Source: an uncultured candidatus Porisulfidus sp.
GTDB taxonomy: Bacteria > Pseudomonadota > Gammaproteobacteria > Poriferisulfidales > Poriferisulfidaceae
Length of the DNA: 64,000 nt
Assembly (NCBI GenBank): GCA_965214545.1
Contig: OZ243950.1
Span: forward strand, 1,478,440 to 1,542,439
Reading direction: 5' to 3'
Position 1 is the first letter of the stretch, and each line of letters starts with the position of its first letter. The notes beneath the pieces were generated by a model. That model saw only the letters and a program-made list of their open reading frames with translations, was not told the origin of the DNA and searched no databases. This document shows, in pieces, positions 28,698 to 38,266 of the stretch. A program made the position numbers and the translations under genes.

Positions 28698-29143
28698 AAA
28701 GAAACTTGGGTAAAAAACCAACCACAAAATTATCCAAATCAGTCGAAAGCCCCCGCCCCACCAAAAAAGCGAAGAGTGGCGAGGGTCCGAGCAAAGATGA
28801 TCATTTGTCTTGGAGATTCAGTTCGTGTGATAGGAATGGCCCTTGGCCTTGGCCGAACTTATCAGATCCAGAAAAATACCGGCGTGTGATAGAGAAACTA
28901 TCTGGTCTTGAGCAAATGAATCAAGAGCAAATTAAAAACACAGGGAGTCATCCCATTGCTGTTGATGCTCTTGTGAAAGATGCCAGAGACCGTCTCCAAC
29001 AGCTCCATAAAGATGATGTTGATGAGCTTTACTCGTTCCGCATTTCTGGCAGAGAAAGAGTATGGTGCATAAGGAAACAGAATGTTATGGAGGTTTTGTG
29101 GTGGGATCCCAATCACGAGGTATGCCCCTCGACACCTAAGTGA
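28694..29143 (+). CDS. Putative toxin partner of the Panacea protein: Lys-rich N-terminus and a C-terminal RelE/ParE-like motif (tentative)
   Basis: Overlaps the upstream stop (ATGA). The C-terminus ELYSFRISGRERVWCIRKQNVMEVLWWDPNHEV resembles the ...YRI.Y....V.ILRI.HR... toxin signature. No confident family assignment. Confidence 0.3.
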   Translation: MKRNLGKKPTTKLSKSVESPRPTKKAKSGEGPSKDDHLSWRFSSCDRNGPWPWPNLSDPEKYRRVIEKLSGLEQMNQEQIKNTGSHPIAVDALVKDARDRLQQLHKDDVDELYSFRISGRERVWCIRKQNVMEVLWWDPNHEVCPSTPK

Positions 29144-29151
29144 TATCCAAG

Positions 29152-29712
29152 TCACGCTCCGCCTGAAACCAGGCTGCGAAGGACCCGCCGCAGCGCCGTC
29201 GCAAACTTCGGCGCCTCGCGGTCGATGACGTAAGTGGCGATCCACTCCTGCTCCTTTTCCCCCATGCTGCCGGCCACCGCATCGCCGAGCTCCCGGCGCA
29301 GCGCGAACCCCGGGCCCTTTTCCTCGGACCATTGACCGCCCGCGTAGGTTTCAGTCTGCGCATTGAGTTGTTCGATAAAGCGGGCCGCATGCTCTCCCGG
29401 ACCGTCGCATTCCAGCCGGTTGTCCTGCATCAGCGCGGCCAGGTGCCGGGCCAGCGAGGAGATCAACGGGGCCCGGGCCTCATCGGGCAGTCGCGACTGG
29501 GTTTCACGGTCGGTCAGGTGCACGCCGAAGATTGCGAACTGCCCGATAACGTCCAGCCGCTGTGACCAGTCGGCCGTTTCAAACCCTTCGTTCTCGAGCG
29601 CCAGCAGGGCGTCGCCAGCGAGCCGCCAGATATTGACGGACAGGGCGCTGGCCGTCTGGTCCGCGCTGCGCGGCGTTTCGCGCTGGTTCCAGTGTCGGGA
29701 AAGGCGGGGCAT
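29152..29712 (-). CDS. Hypothetical protein (186 aa), divergent from the downstream operon
   Basis: Clean ORF with background GC and no recognisable motifs. Confidence 0.45.
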   Translation of the reverse strand: MPRLSRHWNQRETPRSADQTASALSVNIWRLAGDALLALENEGFETADWSQRLDVIGQFAIFGVHLTDRETQSRLPDEARAPLISSLARHLAALMQDNRLECDGPGEHAARFIEQLNAQTETYAGGQWSEEKGPGFALRRELGDAVAGSMGEKEQEWIATYVIDREAPKFATALRRVLRSLVSGGA

Positions 29713-29748
29713 GGCGGGACTCCGATCGTGATGCTAACACGCTTTGCC

Positions 29749-29780
29749 TTGACGATTTCGCGTTTTTCGCCACTATAGTT
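29749..29780 (+). promoter_or_regulatory. Sigma70-like promoter for the operon starting at ~29802
   Basis: cTTGACGatttcgcgtttttcgccacTATAGTtagc: -35 TTGACG, ~17-bp spacer, -10 TATAGT. Confidence 0.4.
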
Positions 29781-29801
29781 AGCAGGAACCATCTTATTCT
29801 G

Positions 29802-30854
29802 TTGCCGAGACTGGAAATGCCGCCGATCGAACCCTTGTGCCGGCGCGTCCAGACAAACTGCGACATCGCCGATGCCCGCCATGCGGGGGCCCTGACCCTA
29901 TGCGTATATCTTCTGAAGATGCGCGAATACTTCCGCTGGGAGATGGGCCTGGATTTCACCGCGCCCCTGCCGAACGAGGCGGTGGGCCGTTGGATCCAGG
30001 AACGGGAGGAACGCTGGGAGGAACTGGGCGAGGAATCGTACCGGCCGGTGTCCATCCAGGGGCGGGCCTACGATCCGTTCGACACCGAAGGCATCAACCG
30101 GGCGCTGTTGCCGGAAGGCTACGTGTACAGCGCGGGCCTCGGGCTGCACAAGGCGCCGCATTTTTTCCTGGGCCGGTTGCTGGGCGAGCAGGGCCGGGGC
30201 GATTACCGGATCTATGAGGCCCGGGAAGAATGTGCGCGGGATCTGGCGGCTCCGCCGGCGATGGCCCTGGGCCGGACCATTTTCGTGCGCCGGGAGTCCT
30301 TGCGCCGCATGCTGTGGGAGCGCCTGCAGGAGTGGCGCTGGAGCCGGCAGGACAATGCGCTGGGCGAGGCCCTGCGCTGCTATCCGTTCGACGACGACCT
30401 GGAATCGGCGCTGGATGCGATGACGGACTGCGAGGCGAAGACCGTGATCCTGCATGAAATCGGCGAGGTCGAGGTCGGCCGGGAGTTGGGCGAGGACTGG
30501 CACGACCTGCTGCACGCCCTGCCTCGCGGGGCGGCGGAACTCGGCCTGCGCGCGGTGCGCGACCACTGGGCCGATTGCCAGGTGACGCTGCCGGCCTTGC
30601 TGGAGGAGGGCAACCGGGCCGCGCTGCTGTTCTACCGGGCGGGCCTGACGGCGATGCGCCGGCAGTTGTTCCCGGACCTGGTGGAGGCCCTGGACCATTG
30701 GCGGGAGGCGCACGATGAACGCGGCCTGCTGCAGGCAGTCGACCGGGGCCGCGCCCACTGGGAGAAGACGGCCCGGCAGTTGCTGCGCGCCGGCAGCCGG
30801 GCCCGGACTCCGGCCCCCAAGCTGGCGACCTTGCTCGACGCGTCGATATTGTGA
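29802..30854 (+). CDS. Hypothetical protein (350 aa), first gene of a tightly coupled operon leading into fadE
   Basis: MPRLEMPPIEPLCRRVQTNCDIADARHAGALTLCVYLLKMREYFRWEMG.... No domain recognised. An alternative ATG is at 29817. Confidence 0.5.
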   Translation: MPRLEMPPIEPLCRRVQTNCDIADARHAGALTLCVYLLKMREYFRWEMGLDFTAPLPNEAVGRWIQEREERWEELGEESYRPVSIQGRAYDPFDTEGINRALLPEGYVYSAGLGLHKAPHFFLGRLLGEQGRGDYRIYEAREECARDLAAPPAMALGRTIFVRRESLRRMLWERLQEWRWSRQDNALGEALRCYPFDDDLESALDAMTDCEAKTVILHEIGEVEVGRELGEDWHDLLHALPRGAAELGLRAVRDHWADCQVTLPALLEEGNRAALLFYRAGLTAMRRQLFPDLVEALDHWREAHDERGLLQAVDRGRAHWEKTARQLLRAGSRARTPAPKLATLLDASIL

Positions 30855-31456
30855 GCGCCTCCCGGTCCGAACTGCGCGAGGTGCTTCCTGGCAGTTTCAT
30901 CTGGCAGCAGGACGGCGCCTTGGGGGCGGCCCAGTGCCAGGCCATCGTCGAGCGGTTCGAGGCGGATCCGGGAAAACGGCCCGGGCGCACCGGCGCTGAT
31001 GCCGGCGAGCGGCCCGAACTGAAACGTTCGACCGACCTGGCCCTGGCCGGGCCGCAGTGGCAGGATGTCGACCGCTGGCTGTTCACGTCCCTGTCTGCCG
31101 TGCTGCGCGAGTTGCAGCGGCACTACCCGTATTTTCGCGGACGGTTCAAGGACCAGGGCTATGCCGTGCAGCGCACCGACGCGGGCGAGTACTACCACTG
31201 GCACGTGGACGCGGACAGCCCGGACCTGGCCGATCGGCAACTGGTCGCGATCTGGTACCTCAACGACGTGGCGGGCCCGGGCGGTGAGACCGAGTTCCTG
31301 CACCAGGGCATCAAGATCCAGCCGGCGGCCGGGCGGCTGGTCCTGTTCCCGCCCTTCTGGACCCATCAGCACCGGGGCGTCACCCTGGCGCAGGGCGTCA
31401 AGTACCTGGCCACCACCTGGATTGTGTTTGCCGAGCGAGGGGACCATGCCCGTTAG
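30851..31456 (+). CDS. 2OG-Fe(II) oxygenase superfamily protein (prolyl-4-hydroxylase-like)
   Basis: GTG start overlaps the upstream TGA. HxD...H facial triad candidates YYHWHVDAD and FWTHQHRG, plus a downstream Arg. Confidence 0.55.
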   Translation: MSASRSELREVLPGSFIWQQDGALGAAQCQAIVERFEADPGKRPGRTGADAGERPELKRSTDLALAGPQWQDVDRWLFTSLSAVLRELQRHYPYFRGRFKDQGYAVQRTDAGEYYHWHVDADSPDLADRQLVAIWYLNDVAGPGGETEFLHQGIKIQPAAGRLVLFPPFWTHQHRGVTLAQGVKYLATTWIVFAERGDHAR

Positions 31457-31467
31457 AATGGCCGGGT

Positions 31468-32424
31468 ATGCGCTGGACTGCACCCTGGTTTCTCCCGGAC
31501 CCGTCGGTTTGGCGGCGGCTTTGGCAGAAAACGGTGGAATGGCTGGAACAGCGCGCCACCGCCTGGTTGCTGGTCGAAAAGAAGAGGGGCGCCGCCCTCT
31601 CACCGATCAACTTCGACCACCTCATGGCCGAGGCGCGCCTGGGCGATGTCCTGCTGGTCGAAGGGCGGACCCGGGTGGCGCGTGCGGTGCGGGCCATCAC
31701 ACAGAGCGTCTGGACGCATTCGGCCCTGGTCATCGGCAGCCTGGACAGGGTTCGGGATCCGGCTCTGCGCGCGGTCGTGCGCAGCCAGCTCCGGGACGAC
31801 GAGTTGGGTGCACCGCTGATCGTGGAATCGGAACTCGGCCGCGGCACCATCGTCTCTTCCCTCCTGCGCTACCGCGACCACCATCTCCGCTTGTGCCGGC
31901 CGCAAGGCTTGAGCCATACCGACGCCCGGCGCGTCACGACCTACGCGCTGTTGCACCTGGGGGCGGGCTACAACGTCCGGCAGATCCTGGACCTTGCGCG
32001 CTTCCTGGTGCCGTGGTGGGCGGTGGTCCCGCGGCGCTGGCACTCATCCCTGTTCGAACACAACACCCAGGACCCGACCCGACAGATCTGTTCAACCCTG
32101 ATCGCCCGGGCGTTCAACCGGGTCCGTTTCCCGGTCGTCCCGCTGGTCGTCGAGAGCGGGGGGCGAATCCGCATGGTGCAGCGCAACCCGCGCTTGGTCA
32201 CGCCGCGCGATTTCGATCATTCGCCGTATTTCTCGGTGATCAAGTACCCGCTGCTCGGCCGGGACGACATCGGGTTCTACCAGACGCTGCCGTGGTCGGA
32301 GGAAGGTCTCGCCGAGGAGGCCCGGGACATGCTTGAGGATTGCAGCGTCATGCACGTGAACCTGGACTCCCCGGGATCCGGAGCCCCGCCGGAGCCGTCC
32401 GCGGACGGCCGCAAGGAGGCCTGA
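31468..32424 (+). CDS. YiiX/YebB-like permuted papain-fold (C92 family) protein, putative amidase or thioesterase
   Basis: His-before-Cys permuted order: SVWTHSALVIG ... ICSTLIARAF. Confidence 0.4.
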   Translation: MRWTAPWFLPDPSVWRRLWQKTVEWLEQRATAWLLVEKKRGAALSPINFDHLMAEARLGDVLLVEGRTRVARAVRAITQSVWTHSALVIGSLDRVRDPALRAVVRSQLRDDELGAPLIVESELGRGTIVSSLLRYRDHHLRLCRPQGLSHTDARRVTTYALLHLGAGYNVRQILDLARFLVPWWAVVPRRWHSSLFEHNTQDPTRQICSTLIARAFNRVRFPVVPLVVESGGRIRMVQRNPRLVTPRDFDHSPYFSVIKYPLLGRDDIGFYQTLPWSEEGLAEEARDMLEDCSVMHVNLDSPGSGAPPEPSADGRKEA

Positions 32425-34914
32425 ATGGGCGGGTTCCTGGGCGCGGTGTTCTTCCAGCTGGCCGGGCTCGTCCTGCTGATCGTCGGCTGGGCCCTGATTA
32501 CGGTCCATGCCACGAATTTCTGGACCGGGCTGGCCGCGGCGGGATTGGCGCTGCTGCTGTGGATGCTGACGTTCGTGCCGCCGCTGTGGTGGGCGATCCT
32601 GGTGGCGGCGGCATGGGCGGTGCCGGTGCTGATGTGGACCCATCGGGGCTGGCGGCAAGCCGTCATCGTGCAGCCGGCCTGGCAGTGGCTGCGCCGGGCT
32701 CTGCCGCCCCTGTCCGACACCGAGCGCGACGCCCTGCAGGCCGGCGTCGCAGGCTGGGAGGAGGCACTGTTCACCGGTGCGCCCGACTGGGAGAAGGTCC
32801 TGCAAGGCGAGCCGGTAAAACTGACCAAGAAAGAACAGGCGTTTCTCGACGGCCCGGTGGAGCGGCTGTGCGGGTTGCTGGACGATTGGCGCATCACGAC
32901 GGCCGACTACGACCTCTCGCCGGAAGCCTGGCAGTTGATCCGCGAGGAGAAGATGTTCGGCCTGGTGCTGCCGGAGCAGTACGGGGGCCTGGGGTTTTCG
33001 GCCCTTGCGCATTCCGAGGTGGTCATGAAAATCGCCAGCCGCAGCGTCGCGGCCGCCGTGACGGTCATGGTCCCCAATTCGCTGGGGCCGGGCAAGTTGC
33101 TGCTGCGCTACGGCACGCCGGAGCAGAAGGACCATTACCTTCCCCGGCTGGCCCGGGGGGCGGAGACGCCCTGCTTCGGCCTGACCGGTCCGCGGGCCGG
33201 GTCGGACGCGGCTTCCTTGCAGGATACCGGCGTGGTTTGCCAGTGGGAGGAGAATGGCGAGAATGTCCTGGGCATTCGCCTCAACTGGGAGAAACGCTAC
33301 ATCACCCTGGCGCCGGTCGCGACATTGATCGGCCTGGCGTTCCGCCTGCACGACCCGGACGGCCTGCTGGGCGGCCCGCCGGACCGGGGGATCACGCTGG
33401 CGCTGGTTCCGGCGGACGCACCGGGCGTCGAGATCGGGCGGCGGCACCTGCCCCTGCAGGTCCCGTTCATGAACGGGCCGATCCTTGGGCACGACGTGCT
33501 CATCCCGTTGGACCAGGTCATCGGCGGGCGGGAGGGAGTCGGGCGTGGCTGGCAGATGCTGATGGAATGCCTGGGCGAAGGCCGGGGCATTTCGCTCCCC
33601 GCCCTGGCCGTGTCGGCCGGCAAGCTCGCGACCCGCAATGCGGGCGCTTACGCGGCCGTGCGCCACCAGTTCTCGCAGCCGATTGCGCGTTTTGAGGGGG
33701 TCGGGGAGGCGCTCGGGAGAATCGGCGGCAACACGTACCTGATGAACGCCGTGCGGACCGAGATCGCGCACCAGGAGGACCGTGGGGAATGTTCCTCGGT
33801 CGCCTCGGCCATCGCCAAGCAGCAACTGACCGAGCGCATGCGCCAGGTCGTCAGCGATGCCATGGACATCCATGCCGGTGCCGCCATCTGCGTGGGCCCG
33901 CGCAACCAGATGGCCCGCCTCTACCAGGCGGTGCCGATCGCGATCACGGTGGAAGGCGCCAACCTGCTGACGCGCAACATGATTATTTTCGGGCAGGGCC
34001 TGATGCGTTGCCATCCCTATCTGCTGCAGGAGATGGAGTGCCTGCAGATGGAAGAGGGGGACGAGACACTGGAGGAGTTCGACCGGGTCCTGCGCCGGCA
34101 TGCGGGCACCACCCTGCGCAGTGCCGCCCGCGCCTTCGTGCTGGGGCTCAGCGGCGGGCGTTATTCCCCGCCGGACGCGCCCTTGGCCCCGTACCGGTTC
34201 CTGGCCTGGCAGAGCGCGTGCTTTGCCTGGGTGGTCGATGTGCTGCTGCTGCGCTACGGAGGCACGCTCAAGCGCCGCGAACGCCTGTCGGCGCGCCTGG
34301 CAGACATGTTTTCCGCGCAGTACATGGCGGTGTGCGTGATTCGCCGTTTCCGGGCCGGGGGCAGCCGCCCGGAAGAAGGGTTGCTGCGTGACTGGGCGCT
34401 GATGGAATGCCGGCAGCATTTCCTGACGGCGCTGGACGCATTGATTCGCAACCTCGACGAGGTCTGGCTGCGCGCCCTGCTGCGCGCCTCTACCCTTCCG
34501 CTGGGGCGGGCGGGTCAGTTCCGGAGCGACCGGGCCGACCGGGCGGTCGCCGACCTGGTTTCGGCACCGGCCCCGGAACGCGATCGTCTGTGCGGGGGAA
34601 TTTTCCTCGGCGGCGGGCCGAACGACCCCTCGATCCGGCTGGAGCAGGGCCTGATCGAGGCGAAGGAAGTGGAACCGATCCGCAGCGCGCTGCGGCGTGC
34701 GATGAAGGAAGGGCGGGTGGCCGCCGGCGACCATGGGGCCGACCTGGGCCAGGCGATCAAAGCCGGGGTCGTGACGATGGAACAGGCAGAACAGTTGCGC
34801 GCGGTCGAACGCCGGGTGGATGAGATCATCGCGGTGGATGCGTTCGCGCCGGGGGATTGGGCGCGGGCCGAGCCGGTGCTGCCGAAGGCGCCGCGGGACG
34901 GCACCGCGCGATGA
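32425..34914 (+). CDS. fadE: Acyl-CoA dehydrogenase, FadE type (N-terminal TM + ACAD domains)
   Basis: 829 aa. N-terminal TM helices, then ACAD N/M/C domains, about the same size as E. coli FadE (814 aa). Confidence 0.8.
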   Translation: MGGFLGAVFFQLAGLVLLIVGWALITVHATNFWTGLAAAGLALLLWMLTFVPPLWWAILVAAAWAVPVLMWTHRGWRQAVIVQPAWQWLRRALPPLSDTERDALQAGVAGWEEALFTGAPDWEKVLQGEPVKLTKKEQAFLDGPVERLCGLLDDWRITTADYDLSPEAWQLIREEKMFGLVLPEQYGGLGFSALAHSEVVMKIASRSVAAAVTVMVPNSLGPGKLLLRYGTPEQKDHYLPRLARGAETPCFGLTGPRAGSDAASLQDTGVVCQWEENGENVLGIRLNWEKRYITLAPVATLIGLAFRLHDPDGLLGGPPDRGITLALVPADAPGVEIGRRHLPLQVPFMNGPILGHDVLIPLDQVIGGREGVGRGWQMLMECLGEGRGISLPALAVSAGKLATRNAGAYAAVRHQFSQPIARFEGVGEALGRIGGNTYLMNAVRTEIAHQEDRGECSSVASAIAKQQLTERMRQVVSDAMDIHAGAAICVGPRNQMARLYQAVPIAITVEGANLLTRNMIIFGQGLMRCHPYLLQEMECLQMEEGDETLEEFDRVLRRHAGTTLRSAARAFVLGLSGGRYSPPDAPLAPYRFLAWQSACFAWVVDVLLLRYGGTLKRRERLSARLADMFSAQYMAVCVIRRFRAGGSRPEEGLLRDWALMECRQHFLTALDALIRNLDEVWLRALLRASTLPLGRAGQFRSDRADRAVADLVSAPAPERDRLCGGIFLGGGPNDPSIRLEQGLIEAKEVEPIRSALRRAMKEGRVAAGDHGADLGQAIKAGVVTMEQAEQLRAVERRVDEIIAVDAFAPGDWARAEPVLPKAPRDGTAR

Positions 34915-36245
34915 ACGTCCCGGATTCGCCGCACCCTGCGGCGACACCGCCGGGCAAGGGGCGCACGGTCTACGTCGTGGATGGCCGGCGCACGCCGATT
35001 CTCAAGGCGTCGGGTTCCCCGGGGCCGTTTTCCGCCAGCGACCTGGCAGTGGCGTGCAGCCGAGACCTGGTCTTGCGCCATCCGGCGGCGGGCGCAGGCA
35101 TACAGGAGTTGGTCTGGGGCTGCGTGATGCCCAGCGAATCCGAGGCCAACATCTCCCGGATCATCGGCCTTCGCCTGGGGCTGGCCCCGGGAGTGCCGGC
35201 GCATACCGTCCAGCGCAACTGTGCGTCCGGGATGCAGGCGCTGGATGCGGCGGCACAGCGCATCGCGCAAGGCGCTTCGGACCTGGTCCTGGCCGGGGGG
35301 GCCGAGGCGATGAGCCGCGCCCCTGTGCTGCTCGGACCGGAAGCCGTATCCTGGCTTGGCCGGCTCAGCCGGGCGAGAGGGCGTTGGGCTCGGGCGCGCG
35401 CGGTGCTGGAGTTCCGGCCCCGCATGCTGAACCTGGTCAGCGCCCTGCGCTGCGGTTTGACCGACCCGGTCGTGGGTCTCAACATGGGCCAGACCGCGGA
35501 AGAACTGGCGCACCGCTTCCGGATTCCCCGGCGGGCCATGGACGCCTTTGCACTGGAAAGCCACGAGTTGGCCGCGCGGGCGCAGGATGCGGGAGTGTTC
35601 GATGACGAGATCACCCCCCTGTACGACGGGGCGACCGGCGAAGCCTATGTGCAGGACACGGGCGTACGCCGCGACTCTTCCCTGGACCAGCTGGGCCGGC
35701 TGCGACCGGTATTCGACTCTCCGAATGGCAACGTGACGGCCGGAAACAGTGCGCAGATCAGTGATGGCGCGGCCGCGTTGCTGCTGGCCTCGGAAGACGC
35801 GATCGAGACCTACCGGCTCCCGGTGCTTGGCATTCTGCGCCACGTCAGCTGGGCCGCACTGGACCCGGTCATGATGGGGCTGGGGCCGGTGCACGCGATG
35901 CGGGACCTGTTCGACCAGGCCGGGGTGACGGTCGACGAGATCGACTGCTTCGAGATCAACGAAGCCTTCGCGGTACAGGTCCTGGCGTGCCTGGCGGCCT
36001 GGCAGGACGAGTCCTACATGCGCGACGCGCTGGGCCGGACCGACTGCCTCGCGCCGATCGACAAGGAGCGGCTCAATCCGCATGGCGGGGCGGTCGCGAT
36101 GGGCCATCCGGTGGGAATGACGGGCGCGCGGATCGTGCTGCACGTCCTCAAGCAGCTGCAACGCATGAAGGGACGGTACGGCGTCGCAAGCCTGTGCATC
36201 GGCGGCGGGCAGGGCGGCGCTGCGTTGCTGGAGCGCGCCTCGTGA
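34908..36245 (+). CDS. fadA: 3-ketoacyl-CoA thiolase (acetyl-CoA C-acyltransferase)
   Basis: Start MNVPDSPHP...RTVYVVDGRRTP. Thiolase active-site Cys (NCASGMQA), His (NPHGGAVAMGHPVG) and C-terminal CIGGGQG. Confidence 0.8.
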   Translation, partial: AMNVPDSPHPAATPPGKGRTVYVVDGRRTPILKASGSPGPFSASDLAVACSRDLVLRHPAAGAGIQELVWGCVMPSESEANISRIIGLRLGLAPGVPAHTVQRNCASGMQALDAAAQRIAQGASDLVLAGGAEAMSRAPVLLGPEAVSWLGRLSRARGRWARARAVLEFRPRMLNLVSALRCGLTDPVVGLNMGQTAEELAHRFRIPRRAMDAFALESHELAARAQDAGVFDDEITPLYDGATGEAYVQDTGVRRDSSLDQLGRLRPVFDSPNGNVTAGNSAQISDGAAALLLASEDAIETYRLPVLGILRHVSWAALDPVMMGLGPVHAMRDLFDQAGVTVDEIDCFEINEAFAVQVLACLAAWQDESYMRDALGRTDCLAPIDKERLNPHGGAVAMGHPVGMTGARIVLHVLKQLQRMKGRYGVASLCIGGGQGGAALLERAS

Positions 36246-38266
36246 ACGCATGGCGGCATTGGCGGCTCGTGCCGGGGGAGGGCGGCAACCTGGAGTTGTT
36301 CCTGGCGGTGGCCGACCGTTCGGTGAATGTGCTGCACCGCGCGGTGCTGGACGAGTTGGAAGAAGTGCTGGAACATCTGCATACCGAGTCCCCTCCGGGC
36401 GTTATTCTCGGCTCGGATCCCGGGTGCGCCTTTGCGATGGGTGCGGACGTGACGGAGTTTGCGACACTGGAAGACCGGGCCCAGGCGCTGGCGATGTTGC
36501 ACCGGGGGCAGAAGCTGTTCGAGGACTGGGCGAGCCTCGACTGCCCGACCGTCGCGGCGATCCGCGGCCACTGCCTGGGGGGTGGGCTGGAGCTGGCCCT
36601 GGCCTGCGACTACCGGGTCGCGGAGAGCGGCCCCGAGGTCCGGATCGGGCTGCCCGAGGTGCGCCTGGGCATTCATCCGGGTTACGGGGGATCCGTGCGC
36701 TTGCCGGCCCGGGTCGACGGCATGGAAGCGCTGCGGATGATGATCACCGGAAAGGCCGTGTCCGGCGCAGAGGCCCTGCGGCTGAACTTGGTGGATGCGG
36801 TGGTGCCGCGACGGCAGCTGTATCCGGCCGCACGCGCCATACTCCGGAACCGTCCGGGCGGGTCTTCCCGGTCATGGCGGGACTGGCTGCTGCGCCTGGC
36901 GATGGTTCGCGAAGCCGTGGCCTGGGTCTACGCCCGCGGCATGCGGGCGACTGTGCCCGAGGATCATTACCCGGCTCCCTACCGGCTGCTCAAGCACTGG
37001 CAGGGCCTGGGCCGGGATTCCGCGGAGGCGTTCGAGTCCGAGGCGCAATCGGTGGCGGACCTGTTCGAGACGCCGCAGGCGCGCCAGTTGACACGGATCT
37101 TCCTGCTTCGCCAGGAACTCAATGGCCAGGGCCCGGACCGCAAGGGCATCTCCCGCGTGCATGTCGTCGGCGCCGGGGTGATGGGGGGAGATATTGCCAC
37201 CTGGTGCGCCCTGAACGGCTTGCGGGTGACGCTTGAAGACATGGGGCCGGAACGGATCGCCCCGGCCATCCGGCGGGCCCGCCAACTGCTGGATCGACGA
37301 CCGGAAGACGCGCGGGCCGTGCTGGATCGCCTGATTCCGGACCCGGAAGGGCACGGGGCCGGGGAGGCGGACCTCGTGATCGAGGCGATCTTCGAGAACC
37401 TTGAAGCCAAGCAGGAACTGTACCGCCGGTTGCAATCCCGGATGCGCCCGGATGCCGTGCTTGCGAGCAACACGTCGAGCCTGCCTATCGAACAACTGGC
37501 GCAGACCCTGGACGAGCCTTCCCGGCTGGTCGGCATTCACTTCTTCAACCCGGTCTCCAAGATGCCGCTGGTGGAGGTGATCACCCATGACTCCGGGCAA
37601 CAGTCCCGGATCGACCAGGCGGCGGGGTTTGTCCGGCGCATCCGGCGGGTGCCGCTGGTCGTGAAATCCTCGCCCGGGTTCCTGGTCAACCGGGTGCTCA
37701 TGCCGTATCTCCTGGAGGCGGTCCGCCTGCGAGAAGAGGGGGTGCCGGTGGCGGCCATTGATCGTGCGGCAACGGCGTTCGGCATGCCCATGGGTCCGCT
37801 GAAGCTGGCGGACACGGTAGGGCTCGATATCTGCCTTGCGGCGGGTTCGATCCTGGCTGAGGCCCAGGGAGGGGAGATGCCGAAGACCTTGGCCGAAATG
37901 GTCGAGGCGGGTCACTTGGGGCGCAAGACCGGGCGGGGCTTCTACCGTTGGAAGAGCGGGAAGGCGGAACGCCTGCGTGGCAGGAAGCCGTCGCGGGATT
38001 GCGAGGACCGGCTCATTCTCAGCATGGTGCGCGAAGCCGTGCATTGCTTGCATGAAGGCTTGGTGGAACGCGCGGATTGGATCGATGCGGGACTGGTCCT
38101 GGGGACCGGCTTCGCGCCGTTCACCGGGGGGCCACTCGCCCTGGTGCGCCGGAGGGGGACAGAAGCGGTCTGCCGGCGCCTGGAAGAACTTGAGGCTCGC
38201 CACGGACCGAGATTCGCCCCCGGGCCGGGGTGGAATTCGGAATTCCTGCATAAAACCGTTTCATGA
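36242..38266 (+). CDS. fadB: Fatty acid oxidation complex alpha subunit (enoyl-CoA hydratase + 3-hydroxyacyl-CoA dehydrogenase), FadB/FadJ
   Basis: GTG start overlaps the fadA TGA. Crotonase fold, then NAD-binding VVGAGVMGGDIA and 3HCDH domains. Confidence 0.8.
   Translation: MNAWRHWRLVPGEGGNLELFLAVADRSVNVLHRAVLDELEEVLEHLHTESPPGVILGSDPGCAFAMGADVTEFATLEDRAQALAMLHRGQKLFEDWASLDCPTVAAIRGHCLGGGLELALACDYRVAESGPEVRIGLPEVRLGIHPGYGGSVRLPARVDGMEALRMMITGKAVSGAEALRLNLVDAVVPRRQLYPAARAILRNRPGGSSRSWRDWLLRLAMVREAVAWVYARGMRATVPEDHYPAPYRLLKHWQGLGRDSAEAFESEAQSVADLFETPQARQLTRIFLLRQELNGQGPDRKGISRVHVVGAGVMGGDIATWCALNGLRVTLEDMGPERIAPAIRRARQLLDRRPEDARAVLDRLIPDPEGHGAGEADLVIEAIFENLEAKQELYRRLQSRMRPDAVLASNTSSLPIEQLAQTLDEPSRLVGIHFFNPVSKMPLVEVITHDSGQQSRIDQAAGFVRRIRRVPLVVKSSPGFLVNRVLMPYLLEAVRLREEGVPVAAIDRAATAFGMPMGPLKLADTVGLDICLAAGSILAEAQGGEMPKTLAEMVEAGHLGRKTGRGFYRWKSGKAERLRGRKPSRDCEDRLILSMVREAVHCLHEGLVERADWIDAGLVLGTGFAPFTGGPLALVRRRGTEAVCRRLEELEARHGPRFAPGPGWNSEFLHKTVS

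Noticed and set aside
30094-34947. Long minus-strand ORFs 30094..31086 (330 aa) and 32092..34947 (951 aa)
   Set aside because: Antisense to the oxygenase, YiiX and fadE genes. Extremely R/P/G-rich with no motifs.
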